This document shows positions 1 to 12,620 of a stretch of DNA of 64,000 nt, in pieces. The stretch comes from Zootoca vivipara. Lineage: Eukaryota. Numbering within the stretch: position 1 is the first letter of the stretch; every line of letters begins with the position of its first letter. The position numbers were made by a program, and so were the translations under genes. The DNA lies in NCBI RefSeq assembly GCF_963506605.1, contig NC_083287.1:35092001-35156000 (forward strand), given 5' to 3'. A model generated the notes under the pieces. It was not told the DNA's origin and ran no database searches. It worked only from the letters and a program-made list of their open reading frames with translations.

Positions 1-1048
1 GAGATCAACAAGCTCAATTATTGTGCTGAGCACAATTATTAATGCACAGGTGTTGCTGGTGGAGACACCTGGAGAACCTGGACTCATATTCCCAAAAGTC
101 TAGTACAGCTCTTTTGTGTATGCAACAGCTTCCCTTTTCAAAAGGAAAGGCACCAAATCACTTTCTTTAAGGGCACATTGAATGTTTCACCCAAAGAGCC
201 ACAGTGGGCAAATCCTTTCTGATATCTGCACCCCCCACCAAGGATCTCTTGTGCACAAAAGCATATTTCAATTAACATTTTCAAACTCTATCCCATTCAG
301 TAGGCTGAAACGTGAACTCTAAATTGGCCAAGGTATATTCCCATTGCTTCTATAAATACATATGCCATCTTGGCCCTCTTTGAGCAGTAATCCAGCAGCT
401 CATGTCTTCCTACACGATGATAAATTATGCCTGCCCTTTATGAACAAGTGGGAGTTGTGTGCTTTTGCACAGTCTGGGAATAACAACACACACCATCTGC
501 CAAATTCTTTAGAAAACTATTACGCTCTAAGGAATGCCAAACATCCCCTTCTCTTCAAGGGTCTTCCAAAGAAGCAGATCTTTAACAGCCAAGGAAGTAT
601 ACACGATTCTTTTGTTATTCCTGAACATTTCCAGGTATTTGATGAAAGCAACATTAAAGAAAAAGGTTTTCTGATGCAGAATGCATATCAATTTATGTAG
701 AAGCAGGCACAGATTGGGGTGCTTTTCTGTCATTGTTTTTCATATAAGATGCGAATAACTTGGCCTTGTTTTTCCAAAAAGACCCTTGCTGAGGGACCAA
801 TCCTAAGCACCCTGGGAGGACTGCCAAGGGGCCATTGGATGCTGTGGACCTGCCTGTCCACCTCTGGAGTGGGACATCTGTGGGCAGACAGGAAAATTCA
901 CCAGCACGGAAGTGAGATGCTTTACAGAGTCAGTCCTTCTACTTACCTGCAGCTCAATCCTCAGACCTGCTTCACCAGCCTAAAACTGCTGGTGAACTAT
1001 GCTCACACTTACCATAGTCCACAATACTGACAAAACGTATTTGCTTAC

Positions 1049-1236
1049 CTTCACATAATTGCTCTGACACTGTCCATAGCTATCCGGAATCTGGAAATTC
1101 TCATTGAAGGTTATCTCCAAATGTTTGCTTTCATGGGTAATTATTGTCCATGAGCACCTAATGTTACTAGGAAAGTCCTGGGGCCAGTGGGGAGAACGGA
1201 TGGTGCCATTTTCAGAATGAAGGATGCCCCCACATC
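1049..1236 (-). CDS. CUBN: CUBN exon (~54), CUB21 N-half: [19 protein letters not shown]...QCQSNYVK
   Basis: ctgcag acceptor, AAG|gtaag donor; 188 nt, phase 1-0. Confidence 0.94.
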
Positions 1237-1380
1237 CTGCAGAAATGGCAGAGGATTATAGAATGAGTAAAAAAAAATGCATGCATTTGGATGGAAGATC
1301 ACACTACGCAGTCTTTTCCTGGTGAAAAGGTATGGTTTCGTGGTCAGGTGGCAGTGGTTTCTTGTGCTAACTGTTGGAGG

Positions 1381-1545
1381 TAGGACCATCACTCAGTGGC
1401 AGAGTGCATGCTTTTCATACAGTAAGTCTGAGGTTCGATCCCTGCCATCTCTAGGTGGAGCTTTCTGAAACCTCGGAGAGCTGCTGCCATTTAACGCGGA
1501 AGACAAAACTAGATGAACCAATTGTCCAAGGCAGCTCTCTACTTT
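1381..1545 (+). mobile_element. Degenerate tRNA-derived SINE (Squam3-like); further copies at ~7620-7780 (-) and ~9205-9362 (+)
   Basis: A-box-like ctcagtggcagag, B-box ggttcgatccc, then 'ctgaaacc..ggagagctgctgcca' body shared by the three copies. Confidence 0.6.
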
Positions 1546-1745
1546 CCCAACCACTTGTAACCAAAAGCAGTCATGGATGACTTATGTAGCACACTCTGAA
1601 AAGTGTATTATTAATAAGTCCCTATATCAGAGTATCTTTCCTGACTGTGTGCAGTGGTCTACCAACAGGCAATTCACAAAGAGTTTGCATGTATCAACGG
1701 CTTTCACTCAGCTCTCCCTGCCTCTGTGTCAACATCTCTGTGTCA

Positions 1746-2395
1746 ACCAGAGCAGAATACAGTGGTACTATTACTTCCCTTGATCTAGATGCTATACTCC
1801 TATTGATGCAGCCTAAAAAAGCCAATGCAATTCTGGGCTGCATCAATAGGAGTATAGCATCTAGATCAAGGGAAGTAATAGTACCACTGTATTCTGCTCT
1901 GGTCAGACCTCACCTGGAGTACTGTGTCCAGTTCTGGGCACCACAGTTCAAGAAAGATACTGACAAGCTGGAACGTGTCCAGAAGAGGGCAACCAAAATG
2001 GTCAAAGGCCTGGAAACGATGCCTTATGAGGAATGACTTAGGGAGCTGGGTATGTTTAGCCTGGAGAAGAGAAGGTTAAGATGTCATATGGAGGAGGGAG
2101 AAAGATTGTTTTCTGCTGCTCCAGAGAAGCGGACACGGAGCAATGGATTCAAACTACAAGAAAGAAGATTCCACCTAAACATTAGGAAGAACTTCCTGAC
2201 AGTAAGAGCTGTTCGGCAGTGGTATTTGCTACCAAGGAGTGTGGTGGAGTCTCCTTCTTTGGAAGTCTTTAAGCAGAGGCTTGACCGCCATATGTCAAGA
2301 ATGCTTTGATGGTGTTTCCTGCTTGGCAGGGGGTTGGACTGGATGGCCCTTGTGGTCTCTTCCAACTCTACGATTCTATGATTCTATGATTCTAT
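1746..2395 (+). mobile_element. 5'-truncated CR1 LINE with inverted (fold-back) 5' end
   Basis: ORF2 C-terminus [43 protein letters not shown]; (ATTCTATG)n 3' tail; 68-bp inverted copy at 1746-1813. Confidence 0.92.
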
Positions 2396-2689
2396 CTCAA
2401 CAATAGCTTAAGGAGCATTTACTGCATTGATGCGGATCATGCAAATGGGCCCTAAAAGGGTCTTTTAAAAGGGAGTGGAAGGTGGACCTATTTTTTTGTC
2501 CATGGTATACCTGCATTTTATCTCTGACTCTCAAAGATTTCCTTCATTAAAATTGTTCTTTATTCCAGCAATGGAGACATTTCCCTGTCCACTACCATAT
2601 CCAGAGATGGAGGGGGTTGGGGAGTCCTACTTCACAACAGTCAATGCTATGCATTAGAAGGAAGGAATTTATAATGTTTTCCTGCTTAC

Positions 2690-2915
2690 CTAAAGAATCT
2701 GCAGTCCATGTTGCATAGAAACCATCTCCCTGCACTGAGTGGTCGGAATTGAAGTTTATTAATAACTGATTGGAGCCTGACTGAATGGTGCCTGGTGATG
2801 AAGCTCCACAGTATCGTCCAATGACAGGAGAACTCGGAGATCCACCATTCAGAATGGTGAGCGAGTCCCATCTACAGGTCCTGTCATTTTCAATTTCAAA
2901 GTCCACAAAGGTAAG
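2690..2915 (-). CDS. CUBN: CUBN exon (~53), CUB20 C-part: [19 protein letters not shown]...[11 protein letters not shown]
   Basis: cccacag acceptor, G|gtaag donor; 226 nt, phase 0-1. Confidence 0.94.
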
Positions 2916-3609
2916 CTGTGGGAGAGCAGTAAGAGATGACTGTGAACATAGAATAGTATTTGCAAAAATGCACCGGAAACAGAGCTATCTCAGTCTGCTA
3001 AAAGCTTTATATGATAAAATAATCTATTTGTCCTCATTCTTACTCCAAAAAAACAGACATCATGATGTGCTCAGTTCCCTTACTTGTCCTACTTCCTTTT
3101 TTATTTAGGAGGAAGTGCTAAATAGAACCAAGCCAAACACAACCCACCAACCTTTTATTGTAGCTACCAAGGTGTTTAACAGCCTCCTGTTTTTCTAATC
3201 CCAGGAAAATGAAAAAAAGAGAGAATTTTACTGAGCTGCAGGTTAATGCAGCTTAGTGCAGGGGAACCCGGCATTTTTGGTGAACGCATCTGGAAACACA
3301 TTGTCGTGCACACCAAAATGTACCCATTTGGTGATGCTCAGCACTGCCCCCCCCAAAAAAACAGGTAAAACACCTACACTCCCCTCAAACAAATAAAACA
3401 GACAAAAAATCACACATACACAAACATTGCAAAAAAAAAAGAACAATAGTTTATTTAAAAAATATACAACAAAAATTAGAAGGGGCAGAGGGTCTTGGAA
3501 GGAGTCAAGTGGGTGGTTTGAGGGCATGATGACACCCATACTCTCAATTAGAGTACTTCATGTAAAAGTTGCCTTGTTCTTATGGATAAAATACACCTAT
3601 TTATTTTAT

Positions 3610-4078
3610 TATAAGCTAGGACCCTCGTACTTACGGGACCGTCTCTCCCGGTATGCCCCGCGGAGGACCTTAAGGTCCATAAATAGTCAATAAATAGTAA
3701 CAGTAAATAGTCCATAAATAGTAACACCTTAGAGGTCCTGGGTCCGAAGGAAATCAGATTAGCCTCAACTAGAACCAGGGTCTTCTCAACACTGGCTCTG
3801 ACCTGGTGGAACGTTCTGTCTCCTGAGACCAGGGCCCTGCGGGACTTGATTTCTTTCAGCAGGGCCTGTAAGACAGAGTTGTTCTGCCTGGCATTTGGCC
3901 TGGAGCCAACCTGATCCCCTCCCCCATTTTCGCTTTCCCTTCCATATGAGGCTGCATTTTTAATTTTAATTTTAATGTATTTAGTCTTGTTCTTAAGTTG
4001 TATTTTAATCAGTTGTTTTATATCTAGTGTTAGCCACCCTGAGCCTGGCCTTGGCTGGGGAGGTCAGGGTATAAATAA

Positions 4079-4123
<45 letters not shown>
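3610..4123 (+). mobile_element. L2-type LINE 3' fragment ending in (TTA)n
   Basis: LGPSYLRDRLSRYAPRRTLRS motif, 'ggtataaataaattattatt' tail. Confidence 0.7.
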
Positions 4124-4126
<3 letters not shown>

Positions 4127-4132
4127 ACTCAC

Positions 4133-4254
4133 ATTGATGGTATGTCCCTCTGGTGCTACCAAGAGCCAGGAGCAATGGCTAGAACTATTGTAAGGTGCTG
4201 GGTAGTTAGGGCTTGAGATAATTCCACTTTCACCTTCCACCACACCACCACAGG
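4133..4254 (-). CDS. CUBN: CUBN exon (~52), CUB20 N-part: ACGGVVEGESGIISSPNYP...APEGHTIN
   Basis: tttcag acceptor, AAT|gtgag donor; 122 nt, phase 1-0. Confidence 0.93.
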
Positions 4255-5001
4255 CTGAAATAAAATTTGAGATATTTGAAGACGCTTTGTCCATTGGCTC
4301 ATAGAAAATGCAGACATGCCAATTCCTAGGTGGCTTCATTGGGTGGGTGGGTGGGTTGGAACACACTTCGCCTGCATTGCTTGCATTCGCACATAACAGG
4401 AAGCCATTGTTTGTTTCAAGCATATCTTTTAACAAGCCACAAGCCATTTCAACAACAACAATCTTTATTACGCTCCATAGACCCATCAATTCGTTACCAA
4501 GCGATACACAGCTGGGACACCCCGCCCTCAAACCACTCAGACATCTTACTCAAATTCGGAATAGGAAACATTAGTTCTTGTAAAAGAACCCTGCAGTTGG
4601 CATGGTGGGGGCACATGCCCCTTGTGGTCTGGCCTCTGCCTGGCCTGCTCCTACAGAAAACTTCAATCTTGACCCCTCCGCTGTACTTTGGTTTTTTTTT
4701 TACAAAAATAAATTATTAAAATTGTACGTTAAAAAAAAAATCTGCCCTTCCTCCCTATTTCCCCCCAATCCTGATTTTTGTACAGGCTTGTCTACCAATT
4801 GGGAGTCTTGGTTTTTATATACAGTTCCGAGAGCTTCAAACCAAGGAGAGACTTTGCAGACAAGCCATTTCACAGATGAGCAAACATGGTATGTCCCATG
4901 TTCACGTCATGGTTTATTAATAGAAAACAGGTTATTTGCTTTGCACCTTCAGTACAACCTGCTAGAATCACCATACACAGGAAAAGTAACAGGAAACTTA
5001 C

Positions 5002-5151
5002 CCAGAGATCCATAGTGGATGAAGAATCCTTTGTCCCTATTTTGATCATTGCTCAAAAATTGTATCCAGGTCTGAGGAGCTGCTATTAGCAGTGGATGCT
5101 GAGGTGGGCTGTGGCCACATAGTCGGTATAAGAGCTCTCCATCAGAATCCC
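5002..5151 (-). CDS. CUBN: CUBN exon (~51), CUB19 C-part: GDSDGELLYRLCG...KGFFIHYGSL
   Basis: catttag acceptor, G|gtaag donor; 150 nt, phase 1-1. Confidence 0.93.
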
Positions 5152-5685
5152 CTAAATGGAAACACGGTGCTATGAAATATCTAAAGCCAGCTAAACTTGG
5201 CTGCCTCAAAACAAGCAAAGATACAAAGTTGTTGCAGTACCTTGGCTTCGTGAACCAATGCCCCTGTTATTAATTGACAACCATGGTTTAATCACAGTTT
5301 AAGAATGTATGCACAGCTGCACCATTTGCCCCTCTCTGGCTAGGGAAAACTGATATTTTGTTATAGTCCGATGAATAAAATGAAATACGGAATAAGAGAG
5401 GGTAAAAGGAGGCATTCCAAGGGCAGCTTGAGATCAACTGGACCAATGCACTTCCATTCCTACAACACATACCTTGAGGTGGAGGGTGGGGGGGATAGGA
5501 CCAAAGCAGAATAAAGGAATAACAACAAGGAAAACTCAAAATCCCACCACAATCACCTTTCACCCTGCCCAGTAGAGCTATGGATTTGACTGTTCATTCG
5601 CCACAACTCTTCTGCTGCCATCACCATGCTCCCCACTAGAATTGCTCTGTTATTTATTCACTGGTTACAGGCAGCTGTAACTTAC

Positions 5686-5892
5686 CTCTCCGGATTTCTA
5701 AGTAGTCGTTCTGGCAATTAATGTGCTGCTCCAAGTGGAAATCTCCAAAGAGAAGGTAAAGAGTTGTGATGGATGGCTGTGGATTTTGGATGACCCACTC
5801 ACAGTTCAGGTTGTTTGCATAATTGCTGGTGCCATCATAACCAGGAGAAGTGAGATTCCCACCACCTGAACTGAGCAGATGGCTGCCACACA
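5686..5892 (-). CDS. CUBN: CUBN exon (~50), CUB19 N-part: VCGSHLLSSGGGNLTSPGYDG...DYLEIRR
   Basis: tttcccag acceptor, G|gtaag donor; 207 nt, phase 1-1. Confidence 0.93.
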
Positions 5893-7016
5893 CTGGGAAA
5901 AAAAACACCATTTGGAACAGTAAGGCAACATTTCATTATTTACCTATTTATTACATTCACATCTCACCTTTCTTCCAAGGAGGTCAAGGTGGTGTACACG
6001 GTTTTGCCCTTCCCAACTTTTTCTCACAACAATTATATGAGATGAGTTAAGTGGAGAGACAATGACTGGCCGAACATCGTCTTCCACATTCCACTGTTGA
6101 TATTGGTACTAGTCTACCACTGATTACCAGGCCAATATTCTTGGTACTTCTATTACTCCATAACTCTCAAAGCAGGCAACACATTTGAAAAAAAAAATAA
6201 CATGGTAAAATCTCTTCTTCTAATATGCCTCGAAGAGTTGATCATTCCACTGCCCAAACATACCAGAGAGGCACGGCAAGTTCTGACGTTATTTCGCCCT
6301 ATTTTGCCCTTTAAAGACTGGCAAAATGGCTTGCTGTTGAAACACTCTGATTAAAGTCTATGTCACAGAAGTAGTGGTTCGGCCACCACAGGTAGCCAAT
6401 GTAGTGCCCTTCAGACGCTGCTGGATCCAAACCCCAGCACCACCAACCTGTAAGGTCAGAGGTCAACACTGATGGGAATTGTAGTCTGGCAACATGTTGC
6501 AGATGTTGCATTGGCTACCACAGTATTAAAGATAGGGGTGCTCCAAGACATTTCACTGCTGAAAAGCAAATGAATCTTCACTGCAAAGTACATAATATCC
6601 AACCAAGACTGGTTGTGTTATTTCGGGATGTGAGGCAGAAAATCCCATGAGTACCTGTCCTTGAGAATAAAAATGTAATACTAATAAGTTAAATAACTAG
6701 AATTTCCCATCTTTTCATGGCATTCAAAATCAGGGACCCAAGGCAGCCACTTCACTTTTTCTAACGATAGGGCAGGCCCTGATTAGACACTCATTGGGCA
6801 GGTCAAAAATTAGGCAGAATCTTTCATTTACTCCTCACCTCCAGTTCTCCTCCTTGCATGTTAAAGATGCAAGCAGAGAACTGTAATACTGGAACTTCAT
6901 ATAAGTCAGTTTAAAGAGAAATACCATGTTATAAGAAAGCTGCTAAACAGACTTTATATTAATTCTTTTTGTCAGTGCTGAGTTGCAAAAAAAAAAAACC
7001 CAACATGTTCTATTAC

Positions 7017-7188
7017 CTGCTTCTTCATCAGAAGCATATGTAATTCTGAAGCTTGCCTCAAAACCATCATGACTTTTTACCATTACGACGGTTATCTTGT
7101 TTCCAGAGGATTTCACCTGAGTCCCTGGAGCCACCAAACCACACAGCGTGGAGAGTCGAGGTGCGTTTTCACCAAAGCCATTGTGAAC
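7017..7188 (-). CDS. CUBN: CUBN exon (~49), CUB18 C-half: VHNGFGENAPRLSTLCG...FRITYASDEEA
   Basis: aagtag acceptor, G|gtaat donor; 172 nt, phase 0-1. Confidence 0.9.
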
Positions 7189-7291
7189 CTACTTGCCAAA
7201 TAGAGAATAACATTAACAAGCAGACCTTTAGAAAAGGCTTTCTTCTAAGTGTGGTATGACCCTCAACATGCCTCAAACCCCATTGAAATTA

Positions 7292-7575
7292 CAGTGGTGC
7301 CTCGCTTAACGAATGCCCTGCTTAACGAAATTTCCTCTTAACGAAAGGATTTTTCAAGCGGAGGTTGCCTCGCTAGACGAATTCATTTTATGAAAAATTC
7401 GTCTAGCGAATCGCGGTTTCCCATAGGAATGCATTGAAATTCAATTAATGTGTTCCTATGGGCAAAAAAATTTCAAAAAAAATTCAATGCATTCCTATGG
7501 GATTCGCTAGACGAATTTTTCGTTATAAGAAAAGACCCGTGGAACGAATTAAATTCGTCTAGCGAGGCACCACTG
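7292..7575. mobile_element. Tc1/mariner (Tigger-like) MITE
   Basis: TIRs cagtggtgcctcgct / agcgaggcaccactg, flanked by TA on both sides. Confidence 0.88.
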
Positions 7576-8524
7576 TATGGAACAAATGTGCTTTGAAACA
7601 TGTAGGAGGAAGGGGAGTCGGAAGGTGCTTTACACCGAGTCAGCCCATTGGTCCATCCGGCTCAGTGTTGACTTGAGTGGCAGAAGCTTTTAGGGGTCTT
7701 TCCCAGGTCCACCTGAAGATACTCAGGTCTGAGCTAGGGACTTTGTATATATAAGACATGTGCATTACCACAGAGTCCCTTTCCAAGCTCTTCAGTCAAG
7801 ATTGCCAAATTATTGCAGTCAAGACTGATACTCTACATGGCAGGGAGGAGGAGGTTGCACTCAGGATCAGATATTCCACCTCTTCTGCTGCTGCAGCCTG
7901 CCTAGCTGCCTTCCTTGTGCCCAAACCTTTGTGTGGTGTGGGACTTCAAAACTGCACCAGTGGGCAAGCATGCCAGTCATAGCAACACTGATCATAGCAA
8001 CCTGTTGCAAAGCAAGGAATTCCAGCCGTGGAGGTATTAGGAGGGATATCAGGGAGTGGATTAGGTTTGGTAAACCCAACTTCCCTGTGTTTTAAATGCA
8101 TCGGTACTATTTGCACTGGAAGTTGGTCTATTTGGATAAAGGGGGCATTGCCACACCAACCTCAGCCTGTCCTCAGTCAGCCCCCACCTGCTGCTTTCCA
8201 AGTTACAGCCAACCAGGGGGGCAGCACTGCCAGCTAGCTCCTCCCCTCCTTAGTCTCTGTGCTGTGCTTTACAGAACTCAGCAGGGAGGAGGAAGATGGG
8301 GACAAAAACAGTTGCCTTTGCCTGTCCTTGGCTCTAGCTCCCCCTACTGTTGATCTTCCTGCCCTCTGCCCTATCAGTCCCAATGAGAACCAGCCACCAC
8401 TAGTCATTCCTAAAAAGCTAGGTGTGTTTTAATGTCCATTGTCCTGTTTTTGTAGTCAATTTAACTTTGCTATGCCATTTCCATATTCCACAGTAGTACA
8501 AATAACCCTTTCCCCCACACTCAC

Positions 8525-8706
8525 AGCCACATAATTCGAGCTACAGTTCTGGTAGAGTCCAAAAGCCATGTCATGAATGGTAAGGGTGACCCGGCGTCCC
8601 AATGGCACCATGATTCTCCATTCGCATTTTAATTTGTGCAGGGCAGAATTTGGGTAGTTGGGGGACGTAAATGTCCCAACAGTGCCGTGGAGATCACCTC
8701 CACACT
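8525..8706 (-). CDS. CUBN: CUBN exon (~48), CUB18 N-half: ECGGDLHGTVGTFTSPNYP...CSSNYVA
   Basis: ttccag acceptor, GCT|gtgag donor; 182 nt, phase 1-0. Confidence 0.93.
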
Positions 8707-9010
8707 CTGGAACGACACAAATAACAGGCAGTCTGAACTGATGTTTTCTGGGAGAGCAAAATAAAACGTATAGTGATTCTGAGGAAAGGTCAAACAAAAG
8801 GTCAAACACTCGGGTGTCTGCAATGGTTGCCTTGTTTACCATTTTTCGTCTTGGTTCATAATTAAGGCAGAAACTAAAATCAGAATATCTTACACTGTAT
8901 CTTCGACTTGAAAAAAGATTTGCCAATAGCAGCTGGACTAGAAGAAGACACACCCAATGGCATGGAATAAGCAATAGTCAAAAGGAAACCACAGTGTTTT
9001 TGCAGCTCAC

Positions 9011-9151
9011 CTTCAACACTAGCAGAAAAATGTAGTCTGAAGCCTGGAGCATTGATGGATCCATCAGTGGCAAACTTAATGTAAGCCAAGTTGCTGGAGG
9101 TGTCCAATGCATTGGGTATACTAGCACCACAGTATTTACCTAATAAATCCC
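9011..9151 (-). CDS. CUBN: CUBN exon (~47), CUB17 C-part: GDLLGKYCG...GFRLHFSASVE
   Basis: acctag acceptor, G|gtgag donor; 141 nt, phase 1-1. Confidence 0.93.
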
Positions 9152-9489
9152 CTAGGTAGTTAAAGAGAGGAAGATAGAAAGAGAAAGAGGCGTTAATAAA
9201 GAGGGTGAGCATCTGATCTGAGGGTCTCGGGTTTGATCGCTGGCATTTCCAGGCATGGCTGGGAGAGAGCCCTGCCTGAAGAGTTGGAGAGACACTGTCA
9301 GTCAGTGACAGAGCTGAATAGATCAGTGGTCTGACTCAATGTAAGACAGCTTTCTGTGTTCCAGTCATTTTATTTAGTTATATTTACTTGCACTTTACTT
9401 GTATTCTGTGCATATTAGGCAAAGCTGCATACTAAAATATGTCCATTAGGAGAAATTTGCACTAAAACACTTTCCTCCTCCACCACCAC

Positions 9490-9820
9490 CTGAGACCCAT
9501 CTTCATGTGCCTCCTCCACAGGAGGTCCAGAGGCCTCTAACATTCATCAGAAAATAGAGACACTCTAGCCTCAGCAGTGGCTCCCCATTTGTGAAATGCT
9601 CTCCCCAGGGAGACCTGCCTGGCACCTTCATTTAGGCGCCAGATGAAAACGCTCCACTTCAACCAGGCCTTTGGCTGATGAACATTTCATGTCATTTTAT
9701 GTGTTTGTGGGAGGCGGGGGGTATTGGTTTGTTTTTGGTTTATTGTGTATTTTGTGTTTTTAGTTTGTGTTTTTATGCTGTGAACCACCCTGAGATCTTC
9801 AGATGGATGGTATACATATT

Positions 9821-9867
<47 letters not shown>
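9490..9867 (+). mobile_element. Degenerate L2-type 3' fragment with (AAT)n tail
   Basis: 'gtgaaccaccctgagatcttc..gatggtata' end followed by (AAT)n. Confidence 0.55.
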
Positions 9868-9868
<1 letters not shown>

Positions 9869-10129
9869 CCATTTATCATTAGGACTTTTCAAGCAAGCAA
9901 GCATGCAAATGAACGAACGAACAAACAAACAAATAAACAACTGACATTTCTGGGATGGGGTGGGGCGAGGGATAGCACAGAGAGGATTCCAAAGTTCTGC
10001 CCCAGTTGCCTGCTCACAAGGACAGCCATGCCCTACTCAGAATTGTAATGACTTTAGGAGAAAATCGTATCAGACTGTTAGTTCTCTGCACATGCAAGGA
10101 AGAAAGAGTAACGGCATGGTTTCACAGAC

Positions 10130-10339
10130 CTGACGCATACTGTTCTCGAATTTCCAGGTAGTCATATCCACACTCAGATGAGTTCTGGATATCTAGTGCT
10201 TCAAATCGAATGGTGAGAAAATGACCCACAGGTCCGTGGAGAAACCATTCACACAGCAAATTGTCTGGATAGTGGAGATCAGGGAATCCGGCACTTTCAA
10301 TGACTCCGTTTTGTCCCGTCAGTGTTCCACCACAAACAG
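10130..10339 (-). CDS. CUBN: CUBN exon (~46), CUB17 N-part: AVCGGTLTGQNGVIES...YLEIREQYAS
   Basis: tttgcag acceptor after a 109-nt intron, G|gtctg donor; 210 nt, phase 1-1. Confidence 0.92.
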
Positions 10340-10448
10340 CTGCAAAGAAACAGAGTCTAATCACTGAAATGGTCCTACGTATTCCAGTCTTCCATTTAAA
10401 GATTTGGGATCAGTAAAAATGCTGGGTATTATTATTTTTTCATTTTAC

Positions 10449-10627
10449 CTCTTGAATACTTGACATTGAATCCAGCGTGTGGGTCTATACTGTCTGAACG
10501 AAATCTCATATATAAGGTAGAGCCAGATGACCTTTGAATGCCTGGTAAAGAATTCCCACAAAGCTTGGCGATTACTGGTGAATTGGCGTCGGCACCATCT
10601 CGCAATTCAAGGTAACTTAATGTGCAG
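10449..10627 (-). CDS. CUBN: CUBN exon (~45), CUB16 C-half: NCTLSYLELRDG...GFNVKYSR
   Basis: ctctcag acceptor, G|gtaaa donor; 179 nt, phase 2-1. Confidence 0.93.
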
Positions 10628-11152
10628 CTGAGAGAAGGCAACAGATACATTTAAACTGGTGAAAATTGCTTTGCAACATTTCAGGAAGTATCTGAAACAT
10701 GGAACTAACATCCTTCAGTGAATGACATGGTAGCTGAATTCTGAGCGAGGCAGGAAAAACAGAGACAGACACCCCAACAATCAATAATACCTAGGGTCAC
10801 CTGAGATATAAATCAATTATAGAGCAAGAAGTATCCAAATTGGTCACAGCATTATGGAGAGTTTGCTCTGCAGTACTTTACCCTCCTATCTGAAGCATGA
10901 TCAAAAATGGCTTTTGAGGGCTGGGTTAAAAAACTGAATTTAGAATGCTTAGTTCTGATTCATTAAGTGCCAATTATGAATGCAATTAGATCAATCAAGC
11001 ATTTTTGAAGTCTTTTAATTAAAAATCACTGTAGGAAGTGTAATTGGGACTATCTTCAGACACATATGGCTATGAAATCGACCGTATCATAAGGATGATT
11101 TTTTTCTTCTCATATATATTCAGTGGGAATGCTTTTAGGGCATATAATTGTC

Positions 11153-11287
11153 NNNNNNNNNNNNNNNNNNNNNNNNNNNNNNNNNNNNNNNNNNNNNNNN
11201 NNNNNNNNNNNNNNNNNNNNNNNNNNNNNNNNNNNNNNNNNNNNNNNNNNNNNNNNNNNNNNNNNNNNNNNNNNNNNNNNNNNNNNN
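11153..11287. other. Assembly gap (135 N) in a CUBN intron
   Basis: Run of n; flanking exons join in phase, so no coding exon needs to be hidden here. Confidence 0.99.
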
Positions 11288-11829
11288 AGGGAATGTAAGA
11301 TGAAGAACATTTCTCCTCTATTATTTCTTCTTAATGGAATATACAAGGCAAACAAAACTGATAATATAAAGATTCTTAGAAACCTCTCCCCCAGAAGGTT
11401 CTTCACATTTATTTTAAAGTTAACAGTACATCCTAAATGGGGATATAAATGCTGTATCCTTCAAAAGACACCGAATTTATAGCAAATAAAACATGCCTGT
11501 GAAACAACTGACACAGTCATGCTTCCACTGATGCAATGCATGTAGGTTAGTGGTGGGGAACCTGTTGCTGGACTCCCATCTCCTAACTGTCCCAGACAGT
11601 ATGGCCAGTGGTCCAGGATGATGGGAGCTGCAGCTCAGAAATATCTGGAGCGTCACACGCTCTCAAGCTCTGATATAGCCCTTAAAGAAGAACATAATGC
11701 TCAGCTAAGGCAAAGCTAGCACTTGCCCCTTCCTTAGGTTGCTAGTTGCCTCCCTACATGTCTTTCTACCTTTCTAGCAGGTTTCAGGAGATCCCACCCT
11801 GGCTGTCAGACATCCTGGTTCCTCTATGG

Positions 11830-11965
11830 CAGGCATCCCCAAACTTCGGCCCTCCAGATGTTTTGGACTACAATTCCCATCTTCCCCAACCACTGGTCCT
11901 GTTAGCTAGGGATCATGGGAGTTGTAGGCCAAAACATCTGGAGGGCCGCAGTTTGGGGATGCCTG
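11830..11965. mobile_element. hAT MITE, near-palindromic
   Basis: TIR caggcatccccaaact / agtttggggatgcctg; perfect 8-bp TSD ctctatgg (11822-11829, 11966-11973). Confidence 0.9.
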
Positions 11966-12620
11966 CTCTATGGCATCACCCAGCTCACCCAGGCTCCTCT
12001 CTTCTCCGATAACTATGATTCATTTTTGAGACAGAAGAAAGTGTCGATTGGGATGAGAGCTCTTCCCCATCATGTATCACTGGAATATCCCACCATTTTT
12101 AATGGGGAGACATTTGACAAGCAGAGAAACAGACTGAATGTTCTGGAGGAGGGTCCCTGCTAGCCTGCAGTTGCAAAAAGGCCTCCTCCCCCCAAAGCCA
12201 GCGGTACCATTTTGCTTTACTGTAGCGTAAGTACAATACTGATTATGTTACAACCATACATCTGCTAGACAAGAGCAGCCACTGCGGTGCCATAGAGCCA
12301 ATGTCCTGAGATCAGTGTTTCCATAGCTTACTGGGATGGTGCACAGGTGGGCAGTGGTGCCCCAGCAGAGGTGCTGGAATGGATCCACTGGTGCACCCGC
12401 ACAGCACCCCCCATTGCCCTGCCCTGTCCCTGCACCATCTCAATAAGTGGCAGCAGCATTGGTGCCAGGAGAGCTCTGCTATACCACCCCACCATGCCAG
12501 TCACTCCTGTCTTTAGATTTAGAAGAGGAATAAAAGCAAGAACCCCATTACATTAACCCCCAACCCTCCATGATAGCTTCAGGAAATTTAAAGAAAGCTA
12601 ATACAACAATGTGCTCCTAC

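Noticed and set aside
17-41. Small palindrome attgtgct-g-agcacaat
   Set aside because: Too short to distinguish from chance and has no context.
11044-11482. ORFs spanning the N gap; possible hidden exon
   Set aside because: ORFs are artefacts of the Ns. The flanking exons join in phase to give a complete CUB16.
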